Part shown: positions 53,946 to 64,000 of the stretch, piece after piece
How positions within the stretch are numbered: the stretch's first letter is position 1
How the letters are laid out: each line of letters opens with the position of its first letter
Assembly (NCBI RefSeq): GCF_009914755.1
Contig: NC_060935.1
DNA from: the human T2T-CHM13v2.0 reference genome, Homo sapiens
DNA length: 64,000 bases
Direction: 5' to 3' (one strand)
Notes under the pieces: generated by a model
What the model was told of the DNA's origin: nothing
The model's input: the letters and a program-made list of their open reading frames with translations, nothing else
Database searches by the model: none
Translations under genes and position numbers: made by a program

Positions 53946-54685
53946 TGTTTAGTGAAAAATTAACTTTACCTGGGTCTGGCCTTTGTTCTGGTTCTGGGGC
54001 TAAGCTCTAACTGCTTGGAATTTCCTGAGTAATAGAAATATCTTTGTTATTTATGGTGGGTACCTTGAACCATAATCAATTGTTTATGCTAACAGAGATG
54101 ACCCAAGGTGTGGACTTGTCATGACAGAAAGACCAAACATATGATTAGAGGGTTGGGGTTTGTGACCATGTGAATTCAGTCTGATCTTCAGGGACGGGTG
54201 TGGGACCTAGGGATTAAGTTCTACTCTGTGGACAGGAACCAAGTCAATCATGCCTACATAATGAAATATCAGTAAAGAGTCTGAACACCGAAGCATGGGC
54301 ATGCTTCTAGGCTTACAGTACTCTGTATTGCCAAATGTTGATGCCAGAAGAGTAATGCATCCCGGAGGACACAGAAACTTTAGATTTGAAGCCCTTCTAG
54401 TCCCGTCTTCTTTCTTATGCATCTCTTCCTTTGACTAGTTCTGATTTGTATCCATTTGCTGTAATAAAACTTTAATAAAAAGTATAGTGCTTTCCTGAGT
54501 TCTGCAGGTCATTCTAAGCTTGTAATCAAACCATGGGAACCCCAGATTTATAGCCAGTTGGTTAGAAGTGAGTGTGGCCTTGGGGACTCTGCAAATTGTG
54601 ATGTGTATAATATTTGAAGTATTGGGCAGTTTCTGGCAGTCTGGAAAATTGTGTCCTTAAATTGGGTTTGGTTAAATCCCATTAC
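53946..54685 (+). mobile_element. MER21-type ERVL LTR
   Basis: ttggaatttcctgagtaatag...tctttgttatt...cagaaagaccaaacatatgattagagggttgg...tcaatcatgcctacataatgaaa...tttcctgagttctg. Confidence 0.75.
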
Positions 54686-54752
54686 TACCATTTACTGAAG
54701 GTCCACTATATCCTCCAGTCAATATACTTAATAATTTAAAAGTATATGTTAC

Positions 54753-55340
54753 TGTGGTTGTCAGTCTTCAAGATGGTTCCCAATAATCCTTACCCCCTGA
54801 TATTTGCTCATTTCTACGAGTAAATTGGGGCTGATCTATTATTCATTAAGAATGACCTTCATAATCAGTAGATAATGGCAGAAGTAACGATGTGTGACTT
54901 CTGAGGTTTCTGCTTTCTCTTTGATATCTTGACGTACTTGTTCAGGGAGAGCCAGCTATCATGGTGTGGGGACACTTATATAGCTCTATGGAGAGGCTCA
55001 AGGGCTCACATGGAAAAGAGCTATAGCTGTTGGAGAATAGTCAACACACACTTGCCATCATTGTGATTGAATCACTTTGGAAGTGATTCTCCCAGCCTTA
55101 TCAGGGTTTTAGATGACTCCAAGCTGAGAGAATTCTTCCAAGCTGAGAGAATTCTTCCAAGCTGAGAGAATTCTTCCAAGCTGAGAGAATTCTGATTGCA
55201 ACCACATGAGACCCCAAGCAAGAATTGCCCAGCTGAGTCTTTCCTGAATTTCTGACCCACAGACTCCATGAGCATAATATTTGATTGTTTTATACCAGTA
55301 ATTTCAGGGGTAATTTTTTGCACAGCCTTAGTTAAACAAA
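54753..55340 (+). mobile_element. MLT1F-type LTR
   Basis: tgtggttgtcagtcttcaagatggttcccaataatcc...atggcagaagtaacgatgtgtgacttctgagg...catgagaccccaagcaagaa...tttctgacccacaga. Confidence 0.75.
55118..55193. repeat. Perfect 4 x 19-bp minisatellite
   Basis: tccaagctgagagaattct x4, no mismatches. Confidence 0.97.
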
Positions 55341-55359
55341 GTAATCATTTTCTATATTT

Positions 55360-57240
55360 CAGTTTATTTAACCTTAACTTGAGTATCTCAGATAGTTATT
55401 ACCCACAATTTATTGATATCACAGAAATCTCTCTTGTATAGAGTCAGTTTTCTGCCTTCATTTTATTTAAGTTCTCAGTAGCATTTGCAACAGATGAACA
55501 TTCATTCTCTACAGTCTTCAGCTGACAGTACATTCCTTATAGTCTTTTCAACACTTTCTGGTTATTTTCTTGTGCTTTCCTTTGAGTGTTTCTCCTTCCT
55601 GTCTGCACTTTAAATTTTTAGATGCCTTCTTTTTTCTATCTTTATTCTTTTCCTAGTTAAAGTCATCTTTTGGTATCCAAAGGGAATTAATTCCAGGAAG
55701 AACCCCCAACCCTTGCAGATACCAAAATCCAGGGATGTTTAAATTCCTGATAGAAAATGGTGTCATATTTGCATATAACCTACACACATCCTCTTGTTTA
55801 CTTTAAATCTTCTCTATATAACTTACATACTTAACATAATGTAAATGCTATGTAAATGATGGTTATACTGCATTTTTTATTTGTATTATTTTTATTGTTA
55901 TTATTATTTATTTATTTATTTATTTATTTTTGCTGAATCTTTATGATTCATTGTTGGTTGAATCTGCTGATATGGCACCTTTGGATATGGAGGGCTCACT
56001 GCATGTTATCCAGTTCCATGACTTTAAATATGATAATATTTCCAGTGCATGCATGTAAGACTTCTCTCTCCTCCAGTGGCTCTACAATCATATATTCACA
56101 TCTTCTCACATTTCCTTTTAAATATCTGATAGGTTTTTCTGAGATAATTTGATCAAAATAAAAGTATCAGCTAACATTCCCTCTCTCCATTCCAACAGGA
56201 ACTGCTTCCTCAACCCAGCATCTCTCATTATGGTTCATGGCCCTACAAACCACATAGTTATGGTGATGAAAAGAATCCTACAAATTATCTTTAATTTCTT
56301 ACAACGTACATTCAATCTATAACCAAATTCTTGTTGGCTCTGCCCCAAGGTTTGCCTCAAACCTTATGAACACCATTGTCACTATTGACTTCATAGAACC
56401 AAGGCACAAACATCTCTCCTTAAAACTAGGACAATCAACGGCTAAATTTTATTTTTTGATTGTTTAATTTAATATTTTAAATTGATAGATAAAATTGTAT
56501 GTATTTTATGTGTACAACATGATGTTTCAAGCATACATGCATTGTGGAATGACTAAATCTAACTTATTGACATATGCGCTACCTCACAAAGTTTTTATCT
56601 TTGTGGTGAGAATACTTAACATCTATTCTCTTTTCTTGCTTTTACTCTATCCTGAGTTTAGTTCATTCTTCATACTGCAGTCAAAGGGATGCTGAAATAA
56701 CTTAGATTACATCATCACCATGTTAAAACATTCTTATACTTTCTCATAGCACTTATAGGAAATTCCACATTTCATGCCATGACTTTAAAGCTCTATGTGA
56801 TTTGATCTCCAATATCCCTGCTGATTTAAATCTCACCGTCACTTTGTCCTGGTAACAATGGCTTTCTCAAATGTGCCAAGATTATTCTGACTTTAAGATA
56901 TTTGTACTTCTTATTTCTTCAGTACAACCCATTTTCTGAATATTATCACCTAAATGACTCTCACATTGTTCAGATCTCAACCAAATACCACAGCTTCAGC
57001 AATGCTTTTCCTGATCACCCTATTTAAAATAGCCTCACTCCTCCTCTACTCTCTCTTCACCTACTTACACAATATTTAAGAGTAATAATAACTTTGTAGC
57101 ACTTACAATTTGAAATTATAACTTTAATATTTTTATTGAGGGTTGTTGCTTTATATATAGATATTAAGTATTAAAAATAAATAATGCCATAACATAAATA
57201 ATAAATATTTGTAGACTCAATCAATTAATCAATGAGCTCA
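55360..57240 (+). mobile_element. L2 remnant interrupted by MER2 and an antisense L1MA fragment (~56445-56630)
   Basis: L2 motifs in order (ctcagtagcatttgcaaca, ccatgactttaaata, acattcaatctataaccaaattcttgttggctct, ccatgactttaaagctctatgtgatttg, ttcagatctcaac, aaatatttgtag). Confidence 0.65.
55660..56001 (+). mobile_element. MER2 (TcMar-Tigger)
   Basis: agtcatcttttggtatcc...gataccaaaatccagggatg...atttgcatataacctacacacatcctc...ggttgaatct...ggatatggagggctcactg. Confidence 0.85.
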
Positions 57241-58023
57241 AAGAGCTTAAGTAACTTGTCCAAAGCCACATACATAATAAATGTATTTCTAAGTTTGTTT
57301 GGCTGCAAAAAAGTTCCAGTTTTGTAAATATCATCACATTAAATTAACAAAGCATTTTTATTGTTAGTGGCAGTTCCCTTGTCATTGGCAGAAGAGTCAT
57401 TTGTTGAATATTGACTACTGATAGTCATCAATTCCAGTCTCTTCTGTGCTCACTGTTAAACCTTGGAAGTTACGAGTGAAGTTATGGCATAAAATATACC
57501 CAGGTTCAAGGCTGCTCTCAATAACTATGTAATCATAGGCAAACTCTTCAAACCTTTGTTCTCTCAATAATAATAGTGATCTTAGTTATATCAGGAAGCA
57601 TAGATCAAAAGATACAAAGTAACAAATATGTAGGATGAACAAGTTGAAAACATTTATCTCTTATAGGGTAGAGAAAATGAAATGTAAAAATGCAATTTGG
57701 CTTGTGCAACTGCAACCACACAACAAACATTTAAATGTCTGATATGTTTCTCATCATGGATAGTATAAATTCCTCTTTTATTATACCACTTATTTATACT
57801 ATTTCTGGTCTTACCTGTGATAGAAAAAAATTAAGCCATAAATCCTAGCAGACACTAAGACATAGAGATTTTTCTCATCATTTGGATAATGATCTCTCCA
57901 GGCAGAAGCGCATAGTTATGGTTCCAACATTATATCAGTTACCTCAGGCTCTGAAGGTGCCAGGAGTTGTAGTTCATCATCTACTAAAATTTAGCTTTTA
58001 AAAATAGTAAAAACATTCATCCT

Positions 58024-58630
58024 TGTTAGGGCTCAGAAGATGATACTCCAAAGTATGGCATCTTGGCATGCTCAGTACTTTGCACTGAGCAAAACTGGAA
58101 AGGCCTCAAAAGCAACGTCTCTCTGACATTCTCCTACCCTCCTGTTTCCTGCCTGTCTTTTTCCCCTGAAGAGAGTCATGGAAATGTGAATTCCTCTTCC
58201 CCCAGGAGGTCATAGAAACTACATACCCTCTCCCACAAAGCAAGCCTTAAATCCTAGAAAGGTAACTCTCTTTTTTCTCCCTTCTGTCATGAAGATCCTC
58301 ATTCCAGAGGATTCTGTCCCATACCTAGAGGAAGAAATGCTACACAGACAGGCCAAGCAGAATATGAACAGACAAGCCTTGCTAGGTTGCCCCGTTCTGT
58401 CTGTGGTTGTCAGATCACACCCTCTGTCTGATCACATTTCTACATGGCTGTCCATTCTTCATCTATCTATGCAAAAAAAAAAAAAATAGACTGTTTTTCC
58501 CTGAGTCTTTTGTCTTCATTTCTGAAGGCTCCCATGTCATGTAAAGGTTTTATTAAATAAATTTTTTATGTTTTTCTCTTGTTAATCTATTTTTCATTAT
58601 AGAAGTGTTGGCTGTAACCTTTCTGATGGA
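58024..58630 (+). mobile_element. ERV1 LTR (MER39-like)
   Basis: tgttagggctcagaagatgatactccaaagtatggcatcttggcatgctcagtactttg...gaaggctcccatgtcatgtaaa...ttaaataaatt. Confidence 0.65.
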
Positions 58631-59628
58631 TCTGAAACTTAGCCGGCCATTCTACCACTACATGTTCATGATATTAGATTTGTCAATAATTGATAAGTGG
58701 ATAGATGAATCAGTTAATAATTATTTAGTAAAACATTATTTGCAAATTCGAGATCTTTAGGCAAGAATTACACATGTACCTCTTCACATCCCCTACACAT
58801 TTCCCAAAAAACACAGTATCTCAACACCACCATATATCTCTCCATTTTTCTGCAAAGCCATTTCATTTGTTTTCCTCCAGCTGAATCCTACACGTCGATG
58901 TAAAGTCAAAGAGCATTTTTCTTACAATTTATCTGTTTCATTTTTACAAACCATAAATTGTTGCTTGGTCATCAAGGTGACTGACGGTCCATCTTACACT
59001 GGCGTGTAATATCCACTTTTTTCCCCTTAACTCACAATATATTACTTTTTGGCATCAGCAAATCCCAATTGATTTTAGTCACAAATTAAATGCCCTGATG
59101 GTTGTAATATAGTGATTTATCACCAGAGTCAGGAGTGATTTTGTTTTGTAATGGATTTAAGAAAAGGATTGAGGGAAAAAGAGGCGAAGGGTTGAAATTC
59201 TCAAGTGTGCAGACACTAAGTGTGAACAATTCATAAAGGTTTGGTCAAAAAATCTACTACATTTGACTATGAAGGGAGCTTTTAAGAAATTGAGTTATGG
59301 AAGGCAAACAACAGTAACTGTGTGAGATTAAGCTCTTTACTTTCCAAGTTTCATGTAGTCTTCATTGCTTTGTATTTCTCTTGAAATTACTGAGAGAGAA
59401 AAATGCCATTTGTCAACTCATAAAGAATCTCCTGCTTAACTTCTGAGATATAAATATTTATTTTATATTACCCCAAATAAATAAAATCTAGACAATTGGG
59501 GGAATGCAGTAAGTCGAAGTGCACTACATATACATCTGGTGTATTGCAGTCAAAATGATTCCTAATAGTAATTAACAGAAAACAGAGTCTCAAAATGGCT
59601 TACATAAACAAAATAATTTATTGGCTTC

Positions 59629-60040
59629 TGTATTAGTCCATTCTTGCATCGCTATAAAGAAATAGCTCATATTGGGTAATTTATAAAGAAAATAGTTTTA
59701 ATTGGTTCACAGTTCCATGGGCTGTACGGGAAGCTTGATGCTGGCATCTGCTCAGCTGCTGGGGAAGCCTCAAGAAACTTAAATTTATGGCAGAAGGCAA
59801 AGCCAGAAACTTTACAGGGCAGAAGCAGGAGAAAGAGAGCTGGTTGAGGTGCTACATGCTTTTAATTGACCAGATTTCATGAGAACTCACTCACTGTCGT
59901 GAGGACAGCACCAAAGCGATGGTGAGAAACTATTTATGAGAAAATCTGTCCCCATGATCCAATCACCTCCCACCAGGCCCCACCTCCAACACTGGGGATT
60001 ACAAAAAGATTTGGTGAGAACACAGGTCCAAACCATATCA
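59629..60040 (-). mobile_element. MST (A/B) solo LTR
   Basis: tgtattagtccattcttgcatcgctataaagaaata...caggtccaaaccatatca; perfect TSD gcttc (59624-59628, 60041-60045). Confidence 0.9.
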
Positions 60041-60268
60041 GCTTCCATTTTGAAGAGCATATCCATAAATGCAATATATTGGAAGAAGAAGTTATTATGT
60101 CTTCAAGTTATTTTGTTATTAAAATTATGAATATTTTGTCTGTATTTGGTGAATAAGGCTTGTATTATTTTATCAATGTCTTTGTTTTTTTAAAACAAAG
60201 GAGGCTTTCATTTTTTTCATTTGAGGGTGAGTGACAACTACAGATGACATTTTTCATTTTACCTTTTC

Positions 60269-60666
60269 TGTTAAGTGTGCTAGGGAGGCTGCAACAAAAT
60301 ACCACAGTCGAGTGATCTAAACAACAGAAATTTATTGGCTCACAGTCCTGGAAGCTAGAAGTCCAATATTAAGATACCAACAGGCTTGATTCCTTCTGAG
60401 CCTTCTGAAGGCTGTGCAGGTTAGCTTGCAGATGACTGTCTTCTCCCTGCCTCTTTCTGTTTACCTTCTATGCATGTATAGGTCCAAATTTCTCTTTTTA
60501 TGAAGACCCCAGTCACATTGAATTAAGGCCCACCTTAATTACCTAATTTTAACTTGATTAACTCTTTAAGAATTCTATCTCCAAATAAAGTCACATTCTG
60601 TTGTATTTTCTCAGGAGTTAGGACTTCAACGCGTGTGTTTTGGAGGACAGTGGTCAGCCCATAACA
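60269..60666 (-). mobile_element. MLT1B-type LTR
   Basis: gctagggaggctgcaacaaaataccacag...aacaacagaaatttattggctcacagtcctgg...ggacagtggtcagcccataaca. Confidence 0.8.
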
Positions 60667-62839
60667 TCCTCTTTGCCCACACAGCTCAACAACAAGAAAC
60701 AAACATGACTTTGCTGAGAGACTATAATCTGCACAGTGCTGTGGAGTTCTGGTCTCAAGTACAGCCTGCTTGGGGTCCAAACTACTATACCAGTATCTGT
60801 CAGCTTTCTTTCCTCTGAGTTGATCCTGTTCTCCTTTCCGATGTCTGGCTTTCAAAAATATTAGGTCTTTGACTTTGATAAATTATTTAGAGCTAGAGTC
60901 ACCCAAGGAGGAGGCACTGGAGAGTTTATATTAACAAACTTATAGAACAACAACAAACACCCAGAACTTTCATGCATTGTCTTCATTTGTGGAACGTATT
61001 CATCTTTCTGGATCTATCTCTATGATAGAGGGTATGTATGGAATTCTGGTACTGGCTTAGCCTAGAACATTTGCTGCTTAGCCTAGATCTTTTGCTGCGA
61101 CACTTTTGTAATCTGATAGTAAAATCAGTTTCACCAGATGAACATGTGTAGTACGTGGAGAAGGGATCCTTCCCCAGAGAAAATTAGAGAGTATTATCAA
61201 AAGCAGAATTAATGATTTTATGGAGGTAATAAAAAGAAATAAACGAAATAGGGGATGATAGCTACTAGTACCCAACAGAGGGACAACGACATATTCATTT
61301 TGTCTTATTTGAAGTACCTGGATGTTTTTGCCAATCTAAATCTACTACCAAATGCTGGGGGGAAAAGACATTTGAAGATTTTGATAAATTTTTACCTGAA
61401 GTGTACATTCTCTCTGAAGTATCTACTTTCAGATTTTGCTAAAAACTTAATCAAATGTTATTACATTTTTTCCTTTTAAAAGCTTTTATGTAGCAATGTT
61501 CCAGTGTTTTATTTCCTTTTTAAGGAGTTATTATCTTCCTAAGGTATGTCATGAGAATAGTTGGTAGATAAAACAGTAGTGAGAATAATTAAAAACATAC
61601 ACACAATCATATCATATTGGGAAATAAAATGTATTTATTTTCTTAAGCTATTTTTTGTCATTGTAATTACAAATATTTTGTCTATATTATGATAATGGGA
61701 GATAAAAATACTTGTGAACTTTTATTATCTTGATTTTTATTTCAGACTCCCCAAATTAGACACTGATATATTTATATTGAAAGAGAAAACAAAAATAATG
61801 ACAGCTTTTGACTTATCTCCTCTATTCATTGCACCAAATTCTGATAAGTATATTGATTTCAGAGAGAACCCACTACTACCAAAATGTGGGATGCTAACAG
61901 AAAATACTCAGAGGCAAAACATATTGGGCACAGTTGTTCCCAAATGAACAACTTTAAAACAAATATAAGATTTCAGAACTGCTTTGAGGACATGTATATA
62001 CGGAAAGACCAAGAGTTTCAGCAACGCTGCATAATCTGTGCATCTCAATTCAGATCGGACATTTTTGAACTTATGGTTTAAACATATTTGATCTATGTGA
62101 ATTCATTACAATTATTACTATTATCTATGTTCAAATTGTCACACCTGTGGAAATTTCCCCTCTGGTACCTTCTTTATGTTTTTTACCATACTGAGTCCTA
62201 TTGATTTGACCATAATTACCTTCGCAAGCATCCTTGCTATCTGATATGACAAGATATTTCAGACTCATCTTGGATATATCCTGTCCCACAGCCAAAATGA
62301 GCCATTTCTTCAAGGAGCCCTTCAACTATTAATGGGAAATGCTATTTGGAGACGATAATCTGTGTTCACAGAGTATAGTTGACTTTTATGGCCTAGAAAT
62401 ATATTATCTTAATTATCAGTTCATGTGAAGGATAATCTTTTTGCTCAGTAGAGGTCTTGTCATACCTAACAAATGGTGTATTTCTAGCATGGTAATAATT
62501 AAAACTGTGATTTACAAATTTAAATTTGTTAATAAGGAAGATAGATTCTTTTCGAACTTATGTAAGTAAATACCTGATTAGCAAAGTAAAGGAACTTAGT
62601 AAAAGCCCTTAATGTAACATTTACAAATTATTATCTTTGATACATAAAGACAACAAATCAATGCCAAAATTTTCTACAAAATTTGTATATTTTTGATGAT
62701 TTATTAGCTTATAATCTACATTAAGATATTTCCTGGGAAATTTTGTCTTAAATTTTAGGAACAAAGGCATACTTTAAGTAACAAGGCAATTAATACACAT
62801 TTAAGATCTTTATTAAATTCAGAGTTCAGTCATTCTTAT

Positions 62840-63050
62840 TGTATGCTAATCAGAGGCATGGATTTTGAGACAGACAGACCTAGGTTTGCCACTGATTGTG
62901 ACATTGGAAAAATTACTAAAATCTTCCTTTATTATTTTAAAATCCTCACTCAAATGAAAAGATTTTAAAAGGTAATGTTTTCTAAGCTCTTTGTACAATG
63001 GCTAGTATATCACAGAACAATAATTAATGGTACCTTATACCTACTAGTGG
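62840..63050 (+). mobile_element. MIR remnant
   Basis: ggattttgagacagacagacctaggtttgccactgattgtgacattggaaaattactaaa. Confidence 0.6.
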
Positions 63051-63154
63051 CTGTGAAAGCAAGACTCAGAGACAAAAGTATTGAGAAAAGAAGAAATTTA
63101 TTCTGCACTAATAATTTGTAGAAGACTGAACTTCAAGAGGAGATGGCAAAATCG

Positions 63155-63280
63155 AAAGGAAGGGAGAAAGGAAAAAAGAAAAGGAAAGAGCGAAAGAAAA
63201 GAAGGAAGGAAGGAAGGAAAGAAAGAAAGAGAGAGAGAAAGATAAAGGAAGGAACCTAGAAGGAAGAAAAGAAGGAAAAA
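63155..63280. repeat. GA-rich / (GAAG)n-(GAAA)n simple repeat
   Basis: Near-continuous polypurine run. Confidence 0.85.
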
Positions 63281-64000
63281 TCGATGTTTAAATTTAAAAA
63301 ATTGCAAAATTACCAAGGTTATAAAGTTTCCATTATTAATCAGTTTATTCTGGAAACACAGCAACTTTCTCAGAAGATGCACATTGACAAAAGTCATGAC
63401 ATATTTTTAGATAGCATTGCAAAGTGAGAGATAAAATTGGTTTTTGGTAGAAGTCCAGGCTTGAATAAAATTCTCCAAGTATTTGAGGAGCCAGAACTAG
63501 GACAAAACTACGCTTTGTAATTTTGTTTTATTTTTTGGGCAGAGTGGCTGTTCTGCGTGTAAAACAATGATCAGAAACCAAAATCAACCAATTCACTTCT
63601 AACAGACTTTTTATCTGTAGTATGTATAATTTAAAATATCCTCCTTTGAAATTCCTGTGTTAATATTCTCGACTGACAGAAAGTGGCATTCATCATAACT
63701 GTTATCTAGGATTCTATTTTGAATATTTCAGAGAGCCTAATACAAATCACAAATTACCACAACCATAAGGCCTACTAGGCTAAATATAATTTCATGTGTC
63801 TTAGTAGGATGTTACAACTGGTTATCAAAATAGCTCCTGGATCTTCATTACAACCTTTTGAATGCTAAACAATTGAGGGAACTCAGGTGAAACATAGATG
63901 ATTTCTAAGGTCCCTTCTAGCTCTAACATTCCATACCTTCTCAGCTTTAGGTTTCTAATACAGCATACATATAATATACATGCATAGGATCTATAGGATA

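Noticed and set aside
55118-55193. Regular direct repeats suggestive of a CRISPR array
   Set aside because: No spacers, eukaryotic context, no cas genes; a plain minisatellite.
61747-62081. Acceptor-like site followed by short ORFs in unique sequence
   Set aside because: No convincing donor or continuous frame; peptides unrecognisable.

Overview
AT-rich primate (most likely human/hominoid) genomic DNA, intergenic or deep-intronic. I find no supportable protein-coding gene or RNA gene: the listed ORFs are repeat-derived or chance. The window is a mosaic of Alu, L1, L2, MIR, MaLR/ERV LTRs and DNA-transposon relics; subfamily names come from recalled consensus sequences, not from a RepeatMasker run. 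Best-supported highlights: (1) a multi-step local templated-duplication cluster at 19.3-24.9 kb, in which a chimeric direct duplication of two donors (one an AluSc plus its unique flank) was later copied again in inverted orientation into a (TA)n tract; (2) a 3.06-kb internally deleted HERV-S/HERVL18 provirus with two LTR18s, tRNA-Ser PBS, PPT and perfect TSD, inserted in a MER5A; (3) a MER8 transposon interrupted by an older L2 fragment plus a short copy of nearby unique DNA; (4) a 38-bp-arm fold-back, nested MaLR LTRs and several perfect young micro-duplications. These look like DNA-repair and retroelement histories rather than a new gene system.
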